This document shows positions 27,001-40,275 of a stretch of 64,000 nucleotides of DNA, piece after piece. The stretch comes from the human T2T-CHM13v2.0 reference genome, Homo sapiens. The translations under genes were made by a program, and so were the position numbers. Location: the NCBI RefSeq assembly GCF_009914755.1, contig NC_060933.1, one strand, 5' to 3'. Under the pieces are notes generated by a model. It made no database searches. It saw only the letters and a list, made by a program, of their open reading frames with translations, and was not told where the DNA came from. Every line of letters starts with the position of its first letter. Position 1 is the stretch's first letter.

Positions 27001-29727
27001 TAATCCAATTTAAAAATGGGCAAAGGATATGAATAGACATTTCTCCACAAGATATATGCAAATCTTCAACAGACATTTGAAAAAAAGACTCAACATCCCT
27101 AATCATCAGGGAAGTACAAATTAAAATCACAGTGAGATGTCACCTCACACCTAGTAAAACGGCTATTATCAAAAAGATGAAAGATAAGCATCGGTGAGGA
27201 TGTGGAAAAACTACCACGTTATTTATTGGTGGGGATGTAAATTAGTACAGCCATTATGAAAAACAATGTGGAGGTTCCCTAAAAAACTACAAACAGAAAT
27301 ACTATATGACCTAGCAGTCCCGCTACTGGGTATATATCTAAAGAAAATAAAATCAGGATGTCAAAGAGATATCTACGTTCCTATGTTTACTGCAACATTA
27401 TTTACAATCACTAAAATATGGAATTAAGCTAAGTGTACATCAATAAATAAATGAAGAAAGAAAATGTGGTATATACTCACAATGGAATACTATTCAACTT
27501 TAAAAAGGAAGGAAAGCCTGTCATTTGTAACAACATGAATGAACTTGGAGGACACTCTGTTGAGTGAAATAAACTAAGCATGAAAAGACAAGTACCGCAC
27601 AATCTCACTCCTGTGGAATCTAAAACAAGAAAAGATCTTATAGAAGCAGTAGAATGGTGGTTACCAGGAGCTGGGATGGTTGCTGGGAACAGGTTGGGGG
27701 ATGGTCAAAAGACAAAATTTCCCTTAGGAGGAATAGTTCAAGAGATCTATTGTACAACATGGGGATACAGGTAACAGTACATTGTATTCTTGAAAAATGG
27801 CTGAAAGCGTAAAGTATTCTCACCACAAAAAAAGGTAACTATGTGGGGTAATGTGTTATGGTTATTAGCTAGATTTAGTCATTTCACAATGTTATTTACT
27901 AAAAAACAATATGTTATAAACAGTAAATGTGTATAATTTAATGTCAATTTAGAAAATTGTTTAAAGAGCAACTTATTTTAAGGAGACAAATCAACATAGG
28001 TAAAGACCCTTATTTCCTCTGAGCTAAAAATGCAATTAAGTTAATGGATAGGAGTAATGTCACTCCTTAATTGTGTAGAACTGAAATCTATAAGGGCCTG
28101 GAAGAGAGTTTCAGTGGAAAACAACAGGAGGATCAAAAAGGGTTAGGAGAACAGCACGATATTTTCTTTCTAGAAGAAATCTGCTCAGGAGTGCAGAATT
28201 CATGTGGTGAGAATTCTTCAGTGGCTCCCTACCTCACCATTATCTGACCTTGCAGCAAAATCACTTGTGAAGCTTTAAAAATATATAGACTAAGGCCTGC
28301 TGATCCCCAAAAGCCATCTTCACCCATTGGAACAGTCTCTCTGTGTTTTAAAAGCTCATAGGTAGTTTTAATACACAGCCAAGGTTCAAAAGCACTTGCC
28401 TATAGAATGAAACCCAAACTCTCAGCCAGGAAAATTCTGTCTTCTCTAGGGCAGGAGCCTGTCAGCCATCTTAGTACTCCAATAGGCACAGTGCTTGACA
28501 CAATAGACTCTAAATAAACGATAACTGAATTAATACATCAATGGGCTGGATGGATGAATAGACTTAAATTAGGAGCCCTGAGGCATTAAAGATAATTTGA
28601 ATATCCTGAAATGAGGATAAGAAAGAGAAGGGAGCCCAAGGGGGAGACCAGAGGCCAGAAGCAGGAAAAGTGAATGCCAAAGAAAATTCTACCCGATTTG
28701 CAGTTTTTCTTAGGGCTATCAAAGGATTTATAATCTCCTTTAAGGACAAGTGGGAGAATGGGGTATAGGGTCTTTTTTTTTGCTCATATATGCACATTTT
28801 GGAGCCCCTTCAATGATAAGTTTACACTATGTTTTCATAATCCTGTAAAGCTACAGGACATTATTTTTCAAGGTTCAAAGACGCTATTCAATCTGGTGGA
28901 TCCCAGACCTGAAGAGGGCATGCCTTCAGTGATTTACCTGAGCTGGAGTAGGATGTTGGCTCTGTCTATCCATTTAAGTTTTCACCTATTTCTTGTCTTA
29001 GGTTTGGGCAGGTTGCAGATTTCCTTTTAATAATGTCATTGTGACTTATAAAACACGCTTATTGGAAATTCTTGTTTTTTGTATATGGGACATGAAAGAG
29101 GCATGTTTCCCTTAGTTGGCAGAAAAGAAGAAGTTGTCATACTTCCTTGAAAAACATTATTAACCAAGTCCCCACCCATAGGTGGGTCCTTGGTGATTAT
29201 TTCTTTTGGAGGAAAGGAGGAGGAACAAAACAGTGTAAGAGGGAGGAAACCCACAAAATGAAAATCTGACTCTCCCCTGGAAATGTGGGTGGATAAATGA
29301 ATCCTCGCTTTGGAAAACTAGTATTACAGGAAAGTCCATTCCTTTGCTCAGGGTACTATTACTCACTCATTTCACCACTGCAAACTCCTGCATGTGGGTA
29401 TTAGATTCAACAAGGTGAACAGGACCCACTAACGTGTATTTAAAATTCATCCTCTGTTATCAAAATAGAAACCCAACTTTTCTGAGCTCCAATTGAAGAG
29501 GTTTATGCACATGATTTCCAAGGTTTCTTCCAGCTCTCTGGCTCAACTGGACTCAAGGCTTTCTCTCATTTATTATACCCGCTGGTAAAATGTTTGGCTC
29601 ATGAAATTGTTTGAGAAGCTCCTCAAAATTTCGGACCTTCTCCCCTGAAGTATGCCCATACACACATCTGTGTACACTCCAGGGGGGTTCATGAGCCCCT
29701 CTGAAACTATTTTTATAAACCCATACC

Positions 29728-30023
29728 GGCTGGGTGCGGTGGCTTATGCCTGTAATCCTAGCACTTTGGGAGGCTGAGGCAGGCGGATTACCTGAGGTCA
29801 GGAGTTCAAGACCAGCCTGGCCAACATGGTGAAACCGGGTCTCTGCTAAAAATACAAAAATTAGCCAGGCGTGGTGGTGCATGTCTGTAAGCCCAGCTAC
29901 TTGGGAGGCTTGAGGTAGAAGAATCACTTGAGGCTGAGGCTGCAGTGAGCTGAGATCATGCCACTGCACTGTAGGCTGGGCAACAGAGCAAGATTCTGTC
30001 TCAAAAAAATAACAAAAAAAAAA
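29728..30023 (+). mobile_element. AluS with a small right-arm deletion
   Basis: Alu consensus; gaatcacttgaggctgaggctgcag lacks the usual acccgggagg segment. Confidence 0.93.
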
Positions 30024-30399
30024 CCTCATACCTTCCTAATTTGCTCAAAAACTCCCCATACATTCTTAAAATGTGCTGGCTGCTATTCAAAGCTTCCCAC
30101 ACTATGTACACTAACCCATCCTTCTAAGAGTGTCTCCCAAAATTCGTCCATTTAGCTTACATGTATTGAGCATTTACCCCTTTATAAAACATTAAAATCA
30201 TGTTTTATGTATATGTGTATATGTTTATGTATGTATGTAAATATAAAGCATACAACATACAGCATATATTAGGAACAGAAGGGTAACAAAGATGTAAACT
30301 TTGTTAAGGTATACAGAAGTTATTATATAAAGACTTGCCATTAAGGAGTTTATAATCTAGAAGGAAAGATAAGACAGGTAAATAAATAATGATAAATTA

Positions 30400-30723
<324 letters not shown>

Positions 30724-30839
30724 TTAATAAAAAAGTGGCAACAGCTGTGGCCTAACAGCCATTTGCTCTTTATTCCTTGATTTTGTTCCACTGCTCAATT
30801 ATCCTAGACATAACTGATTTTATTTAGCTTTTTTAAAGG

Positions 30840-31130
30840 GATGGAAGTGGGAGAGACATTCGTGTGTGAATAGTGAAGCATGATGCCTGGAACTGCAGTA
30901 GCCATGTTGTGACTGAGAGGAGTTTTAGCTTGTAGAAGACACACTGAAAGTAAGAGAGCAGAAAGATGAAAGGAACCCGAGTCCTTGATGGAATGGTAGA
31001 GCTGCTGACTTGACCACCTAAGGAACTGGCTGCCTTCCAGACTTCTTGTTAGAGACATAGTACATTCCTTCTTAATTTAATACATTCCGAGCTGTATTTC
31101 CTGCTACTGGAGTTGGAAACATCCTCACTG
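30840..31130. mobile_element. MLT1-family (MaLR) LTR remnant
   Basis: gatgcctggaactgcagtagccatgttgtgac...gagcagaaagatgaaaggaacccgagtccttgatg...ccagacttcttgtta. Confidence 0.7.
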
Positions 31131-31329
31131 TTATAGGTGCCGTAAGACAGGCATGAATAATGGGCTCTGGGAATCAGAGAGGGGATGGATTAGTATTAGG
31201 TCTTTAACTTTGATTTGTATGTATCTATATGCGTGTCTATATTTATATGTGCGTATATTTGCATACATATGTATACATAAATATTTATATTATATATATA
31301 TTTCCATATTTGCTATCTTGAGACAATAT

Positions 31330-32830
31330 AACATAGTAAGAAAGAGCTTAGGCTTTGGAGTCATTCAGCTTCTCCTATTCCCTAACAGTGATACTTTGGA
31401 AAGTTTATTTATATGAGCCTTAGCATCTTTATCTATAAATATTCCTCATAAGGTTTCATGAGGATTAAATAAAATGATGTATAGAAAGTGTTTGGCACAG
31501 TGCCTGACACATGACATAACCTCAGTAGATGATACCTATTGATATTGTTTCTTTCATACAGACAAAAAATATTTATTGAGTACCTACTGTGTGCTGGCCC
31601 CTTCCAGACACTGATTACAATCCTGAAAGAAACCTCCTGCAATATGATACCTGTTTTCATGGACCTTATAATTTAATTAATGATGGCCAGAATAAAGATA
31701 TAATTACAAGCTGATATGAGTGCTATAAAACAAAGGTTTCAGTGTCATGAAATCATGTTAGACGTGAACCCAAACTTGTCTGAGGGTTAAAGAAGGCTTC
31801 ACTGGGATAGTGGTGTTTGAGACTGGGGGTAGGGTGTGATGGAGAGATCATCATTCTAGAATATATGGAAGAGTAAACAAGTAGCAAAAACATGCAGTTA
31901 CTTGTTCCTGGACAGTAGGATTCTTAAAGTCAGGGATTATATTTAGATAATCCTCTACTCATTTATTCATATTCTTTGTCCCCAGCACAGTGACCAGGCT
32001 CATCATAGACATTCATAACTATTTGTGGACTGAATGAATGAACCCCTCCAACTCTCATTCTCCTTGTCAAAAAAAATGAGTAGAAAATATCCACTTCTAG
32101 GAGATAACAAATATAAAGCATCTGAGCACATAGTAAGAACTCAATAATTAGTAGTCCTTATAAATGTACTATTATCATTGCCTTAAAATTTGCATACATT
32201 ATCTCTGCTACTACATTGTAAGCTCCAGCGTGGCAGGAAATGTGTCTTATTTATCTTGGAATATCCCAAGGTTCTTAGCACAGTGTCTTGCATAGAATAA
32301 ATTAAATTATCTGTAAAAATTCAGAGGATAAATAAAAGTATTATTTAGGAATTAAACTGACAGGTCAAAGAAATTGCGCAGATTGAGAAAATCAAAGCTA
32401 GGTTAGCTACTCTCTGTAAGGAATACTTAATTTCTAGAATGGAGATAAAATATAGATGGGAAAAAAACCTCTCAAAACTTTGTAAAAACAAACAAGAATT
32501 ATGTGTGGTGAAAAATGCCATTATAGAACAATTAATAGAGAATATCATGTACATAATTCAAAACACATAGCTTTAATGTCACCGTCTCAGAGACCACTTA
32601 ATCTAATCAATCTCTAGCATATTTTAATTATTTGCATACCACTTATAGCCATCTGATATTTTTCTTTTTGAATTGATTGATTGATGAATTGATTGATTTT
32701 CAAATTACATATCTCCCCCAATAGAATGTAAGCTCTATAGGAGCAGTGATCTTGTCTGACTTGTTCCCTTTTTGTATTCATGGCACCTAGAGCTGTATCT
32801 CGTACATAGTTGATGGACAAATAAATACAT
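31330..32830. mobile_element. Cluster of MIR and L2 3'-end remnants
   Basis: tgaggattaaat...gcacagtgcctgacaca (MIR); atttattgagtacctactgtgtgc and gtaagctc...gcacagtg (L2). Confidence 0.6.
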
Positions 32831-35233
32831 GCTGACTAAAGTAGTGCATATAAAAAATAATACTACATATTGTTTATGGAAGTATATATAAATTAGCAAA
32901 AATATAGAAGGGAATTGAAAGTATAAGCAGGAATTTTTAGTGGTGTGGTGTTTTGTAGGCAAAAGCTTAGGGAATAAGACTCAGTATTGTGGTCAGAAGG
33001 AACTTTACTTATATCTGAAATGGCTTATTTAAAAGAAGACTAGAAGCAAAAGATGACAAAATAGTAACTATTTATTTCGTTTATATGAATTTCAGTGTTA
33101 TATTATTATTTGCGCTTTTCCGTGTGTTTTCAATTTCTCAAAACAAATTTAAAAAATAGAAGGTCTGAACGGAAAAGAATAAATTAATCCCTTGTAGTTT
33201 TACAGGATCTAAAGTTCTCTGAAGTGTTGTTATGTACACTTGATCATCACAATAATTTTGAGGTAATTATTACCAGCCTTATTTTATATGAGAGGAAAAT
33301 GAGACCAGGATTTATGAAGAGGTGTGCCATGAGGACCAACGGAGTCAAGGAAATATTTGGCCGATAACCTGACCTAGAGATGATTTCTCTTTTGAGATAT
33401 AACATCAAAATCCTTCAGATAGGAGAGCTAGGTAAGTGGTAAAAAGAAATTTGCTTTGAAGCCTATAGGCAAGAGACCTGGAAGAGTTCAATATAAACTG
33501 ACAAAGAACAAATGAGCAAATATTTTAATCCAAAATAGAAAATATTCTCCAAATGCTCTTAGGCAAATTCTGAAACTTTTAAAGGCTTGCTTTTCTTACC
33601 CATAAAATACAGTGATTACCTACTTTATATAGTTTTTGTGAGGATTAAATTGTTAACTTCTTGTAAAAGACAGCACAGTATCTGGCACTTAATAAATGTT
33701 CAATATTTGTGTTTTTCCTCTTGGTTTCTTACAGTCTTACATATTATGTTCAACCTTTGTAAATTGCCTTTTTTGTAAGTAAAAATGATTGAATATGAGC
33801 AATTTTGTTGAATTTCATGCAATTATTCTATAAATGTAAGGTTTGATACCACTATCAACTATCCCATCTAGAATTTACATGCAAGGGAAGCGCAGACCAA
33901 AATTTGAATAAAACAGATCATTGTTTGGGGTTTGGGCTTGAGAGTCTATTTGCAAGGATGGATGAAACGGATTTACAAGCATGTAAGGAGGAGAAGGACA
34001 GTCCAATTGGCAGAGATAGGTTTTCATAATCAGGGTTAGGCGATTGCACTCATGACAGCTGTTTGATAGCTTTTGGCACCAAAATATATTGACCAGCTGA
34101 GATATCATTAATGCTTAACAATTTTATCCTTATGAGCATATCTTGGCCAGCTAGGTTGCCTTTGACCACCAAAGGGTATGATAATATATTCCAATGTAAA
34201 TGCCATGTGTGCATCTGTGTAACTCACATTCATGTTGATGTGTTACAAAATATACACTAAATATAAATGCCTTTGCTTCTTTGGAATGTCATGTTAGATG
34301 GTGTGATTAAAGAGGAATAGAATTAAAATATAAATTGATTTATTTAAAAAAAACAGTTATTCTGGGAAATGTGTGTATGTGTGTGCACTAAAAGTAAAAG
34401 AAACCTAATTATTAAAATAATTTTTAGGAACAAAAATTTGAATAACTTAATAGAAAAAGCAGTCTGGCTGGGAAAAGGCAGTTCTGTACCATATATGTGT
34501 AAAAATTAACACAGACAGGAGAGAGGTGATTGAGAGACTTAAACAGAAGGCTGCTTACAGATCAGAAGAAACCCTTGGTCCAGTGTCATAAGTCTATGAA
34601 GACATTCCAGAAATGCTTCCAGCTAGGTTATCTCCTGATAGTACCTTTAAATTATGAGACAAAACAAGTAAGGGAAAAATATAAGAACATTTTTCAGAAT
34701 GCTTCATATACTAAAATTTAATGCATTAAAATATCCAGAATATTTTCAGAACCTGTAATTTTGGTACTTGCTGAATAAAATTTATAATACAAAGTTTTAT
34801 TAAATAGCAAAAAACAGTCATTCAAACATAGAAACCTTACTACCTAATTCAAAATGCATGTGAGTAAATAATTTTGCCTGAAGATTGAATTTTTGGGGGT
34901 TACTTTCATTAGCATCTCTGGATTGATCTCTAAACCTGGTAGTAGTCATGTATTTTTCCTTCCTCATAATATAGGTACTTGTTTGGCTACCAGTGATTGT
35001 TCCTCTTCCCTATATAAACTACTAAAATTAACATCACTGTTCCTTCTTCAAAGTCAGAGACCTGACATTAAGTACTTTATATGAGGAGTATTGTTAAAAA
35101 GGAGGCAACCAAGCAAGTTACTCCTTACATCTGTGGAAAGACTTAATCATCAGATAGAAGTCAAGTAAAACACTGTTTGGGTTGCAAAAGTAACTATAAG
35201 TATGAGAATCTTTCCTACAAATATTTCACGTAG

Positions 35234-35355
35234 CCTGCCTCCCTGCCTGCCTGCGTGCCTGCCTGCCTGCCTGCCTGCCTGCATTCCTTCCTTCCTTCCT
35301 TCCTTCCTTCCTTCCTTCCTTCCTTCTTTCCTTCCTTCCTTCCTTCCTTCCTCCC
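35234..35355. repeat. Compound tetranucleotide microsatellite (CCTG)n-(TTCC)10-TTCT-(TTCC)6
   Basis: Directly visible, ~450 bp downstream of the CER1 stop codon. Confidence 0.95.
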
Positions 35356-35797
35356 TCTCTATCTTGCTTCTTTGCTTGCTGGTGATTTGACACACATTAA
35401 AGAAGCCCATTTTTATGGTCTCGCTTATTTCTTTTCCTTCTTTAGATGGAGGGCTTTTACCCAAACTTGGAGAAAATGCATCACGGAATATTAGTAGTGG
35501 AAAGGATTTTAGCAATCATCTAGGTCGGGTCCGTCATTTATAGATGAAAATCTTTAGATGGAGAAAGGTTTTACAACTTAACATTCTACGGCTAGTTAGT
35601 GGCAGAGCTGAGACAAGGTCTCAAACGTGTACCAATAACTAGACTAATATCATTTCCTCTATCGTTCTAATTTAAAACTACGTTTCAAGTCACCTTTCCC
35701 TGAAAATGTTATGTACCCACTTAACATTTTCAGACTGAATAATCAGCATCTTTGCTGTTGTGGTTTTGCTTTTCAAAGGTAATAGTGGGATAGCTCT

Positions 35798-36094
35798 TCA
35801 AGCTGAAACTCCTGGGATAAAGGAATCCTGGGAGCCAGCATGTAGGATGTGTCCATCTTCATGCTCCGTCTTCACCTTGCACTGGCACTCCTCCACCAGC
35901 ATCACCACCTTGATCACGGAGGAAAGTTCAGTGCAGTTCAGTGGCAAGTGCATCGTGGTGAACTTGGCAGGCAAACAGTGAGAGCAGGAGGTATGGGAGT
36001 GCTGCGCGGCTCCAGGAAAATGAACAGACCCGCATTTCCCAAAGCAAAGGTTGTTCTGAACAACTATTTTTTCACAGCCTTCGTGGGTTATAGT
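35798..36094 (-). CDS. CER1: Cerberus 1 (DAN-family BMP/Nodal antagonist), exon 2, codons 170-267 + stop
   Basis: tttttag|ACTATAACC; translates TITHEGCEKIVVQNNLCFGKCGSVHF...EECQCKVK...IPGVSA*; cystine-knot CxGxC and CxC motifs; 297 nt, phase 0. Absent from the ORF track. Confidence 0.98.
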   Translation of the reverse strand, partial: TITHEGCEKIVVQNNLCFGKCGSVHFPGAAQHSHTSCSHCLPAKFTTMHLPLNCTELSSVIKVVMLVEECQCKVKTEHEDGHILHAGSQDSFIPGVSA

Positions 36095-37873
36095 CTAAAA
36101 AGCAAACACATTTCCATTACGTTATTTTGAATTATTTCTTTAACACACATAATGCAGAAGCTATGGACTGTAAATCTGAGGATAATTTAAAAATTTCAAA
36201 GCTTTCCAATTTTGGATACAATTTGCAATATGCAAGTGATGGTATCTATAAGGGCACAGAACCACCTCAATTAAACTTTCTTTATTGAGTAAATTATTAA
36301 ACAGCCTTTAGGGAATCCCTAAGTTAACATAAAAAACATTTTACTCTACATTATTCGTGCAAAACCTTAAGCAATTTTGTCTAATTGGATGTGAGCGATT
36401 GAAAAATTCTAATGGTAATTATCTTACATAAGTAATGTGCCTTACTTTTTTATTCCTCACAGGGCTTTGTGCATAGTAGGCTCCCAATACATATTTGTTA
36501 CATTGATCGTAGAATAGATCAGAACATTCTAGGTTTAATTCTATCCTATTCTGCAAGACCTGTAGTACATTCAAGTCTATGAAGTTGTATGCAAGCAGAG
36601 TTACAATGCATATGCCTGCAAATCATTGTATATTACATCACCTTTACCTCTCATAACTCCAAGCACCTAGCTTTATATGCCTTTCAAAATATGTAAGAGT
36701 CAAACATCTTAGTTTTAATTTAATTAGCAATAGAATTCAAAAGAAGAATTTCAAAAGAAATTTGATTGCCTGATTCTTAGGGGTAATTTTCTAATTGCAC
36801 ATGGCCAACAGAGTAGTCATTATTATTTGATAATTGACTTGCCATTGCTACATATCCTTGCCTTTTCAGGCAGAATACTTAACTGCCTTGAACAGTCAAT
36901 TGCCCTATTCTATTGCTTGCTTAATTGGGTAGCATTACTCGACTATAAAATTTTACTCTACCCTGCATGTTTTTGGTTCAATATCTTCATGTTTAAGGAC
37001 CTAATGCAAGTTCTCAATTTTAATTTAACATTTGGAATGTAGATATTGCCAGAGGAAGTAGACAGTAGGATGTCCCTTTGTCTTAATAGCATGGAATTGA
37101 TCATAATAACTACAAATCAGCCAACACAACATGAATCAGGAGAAAGGTACTTCTAAGGGGAGGAGATATGATCTCACATCAAGATTGATTTTTTAAAAAG
37201 CTCATATGAGAAAATAAGTGAAAGAAAATCACTTTTTTGCTATCATAATACTAGAAATGATATGACAACTTTTGCCTGAGAACCTCAACGTACTTTGAGG
37301 TTGTGGGATAGCTTTAGCAAGCTATTAAAGAAGTCCCTCATAAACCTATAAAGTAATTAAGTATGGAATATGGGGATTAAGACCATCGTAAATGGATATG
37401 AGAGTATTTGGGAAGGAGTCCAATGCACCCCACTTTATCAACAAATGGAGTTGACCTGCTCATCCACATATTAATAGAGTGCAGAAAGATAGCTACAGAG
37501 GAGTTCTGGTGATTACTCTAAATTCTCAGTTTCCTAACTGAGGGTACAGTCTGACTTATATCTCTGAGTAGATCACCTCCAATGCAAAAATAAATAAATA
37601 AAACAGAGCTCTGTGTCTTCAGTGTGAATGAATGATTACTGATATTGACAGTATCATCATATCATTCTTGCAGCATTTCCAGAATGCCAAGAAAAAATGG
37701 AAAGGCCAGAAGGAAACTTAATCTTTGCCAAATCCTATGATGAATGCCCAAGGACCAAATCTGTAGTTAAGCTAGAGTCAGGCTCCTGACAGCCTTTTCC
37801 CCTACTCTCCATCCATCCCAGCTGTCCACTACCACCTGCAAACTCTTACCTGCTCTCCCCCCAGAACACATAC

Positions 37874-38380
37874 CTGGCTGAAGGGCACTGTCCTGCAGGT
37901 CTCCCAATGTACTTCATGGCTTTTGATGGGCAAGATGACCCCCTGAGAAGCCGGAGTTTTTCTGAACATGAAGTGGTGCCAGAATTTCTTGGCTTCTTCC
38001 CGAAGAGGAGATTTCTCCATTTTCATTCCATCTATCGGCTGGATGAGGGACTGGGTCCCAGGTGGGAAGGGCTCACTATCTGAGTCCCTGGATGGATGCA
38101 TTTCTCTCTCAGGCTTCTTCCAGAACCTGCCAAATCTGGACAGCATCTTCTCTCTCTGCCTCTGGCCTTCCCCTGCAGGGCTGGTGCCTACAAGGTGTGG
38201 CACTGCGACAAACAGATCTGGCTTCTCCTCAGCTTCCTCATGGTTGCCTGTGGGAAGCTCTCTTTGATTCCTTGGCAGGAGTACGGGGGAAAGAGAACTC
38301 TGATTCTGGCGGCCATCCTGGTGCCATGTGGTCTTTCCTAGAGGCAGGAGTACCAGCAGCTGAAATAAGAGGAGATGCAT
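37874..38380 (-). CDS. CER1: Cerberus 1, exon 1, codons 1-169 (signal peptide, N-terminal region)
   Basis: MHLLLFQLLVLLPLGK...WETCRTVPFSQ then CAG|gtatgt donor; 507 nt; joins exon 2 in frame to give 267 aa. Confidence 0.98.
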
Positions 38381-38439
38381 GCTGTCAGGGGCCCAAGCTT
38401 CTTTTGTAAATGATGAGGCCCAAAGGAGAGGCTCATTCT

Positions 38440-38660
38440 CTGCAGGACTGGGAAAAAGGAAATCGTATATATAGATACCTGCCTGGCGGGATGGGAAGGC
38501 AGGTGGTCAGTAGCCAGGCAGAATAAACACATTTATTGTTTGCTTGAATTATGTAGTGCTAATGGCCTCCTGCCGTCACTTTGGTTTTGTGTATTTTAAA
38601 AGGCCCCAGTGAAAGCCTGGGACCCAGGGGGTAATTAGCTAAGAGTTTAGCTATGTCTGG
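38440..38660 (-). promoter_or_regulatory. CER1: CER1 proximal promoter with TATA-like box
   Basis: TATATATA at 38466-38473, ~90 bp upstream of ATG; forkhead-type sites at 38522-38529, 38537-38543, 38588-38595; TAATTA at 38632. Confidence 0.7.
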
Positions 38661-38869
38661 GGCTTAAAGAGCAGTATTAGCAAAGACAACACATTCTTTG
38701 CCTAAATTTCCCATGGCTGTTTTCAGAAGAAGGACTAGAGTCAGCTCACATTTGCTGTGCATCTGCCTTGTGCTGGAATAGAATAGACGAGACATGTTGC
38801 TGTAAGAGAAGTTTTTGGATAAAAATTAAAGGCATACATTTAGAAAAAGCCCAGGCCTTTAGGAAGGCT

Positions 38870-38872
<3 letters not shown>

Positions 38873-38921
<49 letters not shown>
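38873..38921. repeat. (CA)24 microsatellite
   Basis: Uninterrupted, ~500 bp upstream of the CER1 ATG. Confidence 0.97.
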
Positions 38922-38923
<2 letters not shown>

Positions 38924-39994
38924 AGAAGTATATCAAAGTTGTAAGGAGAAGAAAGGAAGAGCTAGAAGGATGTTAATTTTTTTGAGCAAGAGACATATTG
39001 TTTCTTACTTACATGCAAATTGGGGTTATTGATTTTTGCACAGTAACTGAGTAAAGGGAATATGTTTTCCTTTCCACACGTAGAAACTCACAATTCCCAA
39101 GTTAATCCTCTCACATTAAGAATCAATTAATGGGTGCTAAATTTCACAACTGGTCAGTCATCAGATAAACTCTTCCAATTGTTCACATGTTCCTCAACAG
39201 GATACCACGTAATAGACTGACAGCTCATCAGTCTTCAATGAGGATAGGGAAATGTCTCCCTCCAGCCATCCTATTGATTTTTTTTTCCCTTTGAACAAAG
39301 AGCCAGACATGAGAACGTGGATTCTAAGAACCAGGTTTGATAACTTTGGGTGTGACGCTGGCTAGTCAGTTTCTTACCTTATTGAATCCACATCATCTCC
39401 CCTTGTTTTACACTAATTGATGGCCAGGCTAAATAAAGATTGACACAAATAAGAGTCTTCGGGGATCAAAGGAAAAATTGAAAAATAACTATCATTCAAA
39501 ACTATCATGAATCAGCCTAGGATACGAAAAAGAAACACGTCCAGAAAACTGAAACCCCAGAATAGAGTCCAATCAGCCTACCGCATGATTCAAACAGTAT
39601 TTCCACTGGGAAGCAATGCAATATCTGCTTTTATTTCTCCCCTTTTAATTCAATCACTATATTCCTTGCTTTCAATAACACAAATAGTCCTGGAACATGT
39701 TCCCCCTTTTTTGTCAATACTGATTAAACTTTCTTTCCAAGAAGTGACCCACTGGAGTCTGTTTTCCAGGCATTTCTGTTCTTCTTGATAGCCATGCCTG
39801 ATTTCTATGAAATAAAGCCTTAAGTAAGTCCCTTTACCCATGATAATGAGCTATTTTTAACATGGACCATCACTTTACCAGAATGCCATGAGTGGAGATA
39901 TATTGTACTTGTACCAAATATCTATGGAACGTGTGCTAGTATTAATGAAAGGTGCTGTTGATATATAATAAATAAGCATGTGTATTTGCCATTG

Positions 39995-40275
39995 TTTTTT
40001 TTTATTTTAGGAAAAGGGTTCTGCTCTGTTGCCCAGTCTGGAGTGCAGTGGTGCAATCATAGCACTCTGTAACCTCAAACTCCTAGGCTCAAGCAAGCCT
40101 CCTGAGTAGCTGGGACTACAGGCACACTACCACACCTGGCTATTTAAAATTTTGTGTTGTTGTTGAAACAGAGCCTCACTCTGTTGCCCATGCTGCTCTG
40201 AAACTCTTAGCCTCGAGCCACCATCTTGCCTCTGCCTCCCAAAGTGCTGGGATTACAGGCGTGAGCCACCATGCT
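39995..40275 (-). mobile_element. AluJ
   Basis: T tail, antisense Alu with J-type caaactcctaggctcaagc. Confidence 0.9.

Larger units (their letters stand above)
19616..27962 (+). mobile_element. Apparently full-length, degenerate L1MA (L1MA4-6-like) carrying four nested insertions
   Basis: 5' caagatgg motif, ORF1 remnants (~20750-21650), ORF2 endonuclease/RT remnants (DFNTP, SDHNGIKL, LFADN at 25558-25572), L1MA-type 3' end; flanked by aaagtgcaactta (19603-19615) / aaagagcaactta (27963-27975). Confidence 0.9.

Noticed and set aside
35150-35515. ORFs with EGRK/LPSF/PACL repeats (and CVCV/HTHT near 12 kb)
   Set aside because: Translations of microsatellites.
37829-37873. 183-aa single-exon CER1 ORF
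   Set aside because: The last 14 codons are intron read-through past a canonical donor; the cystine knot is in exon 2.
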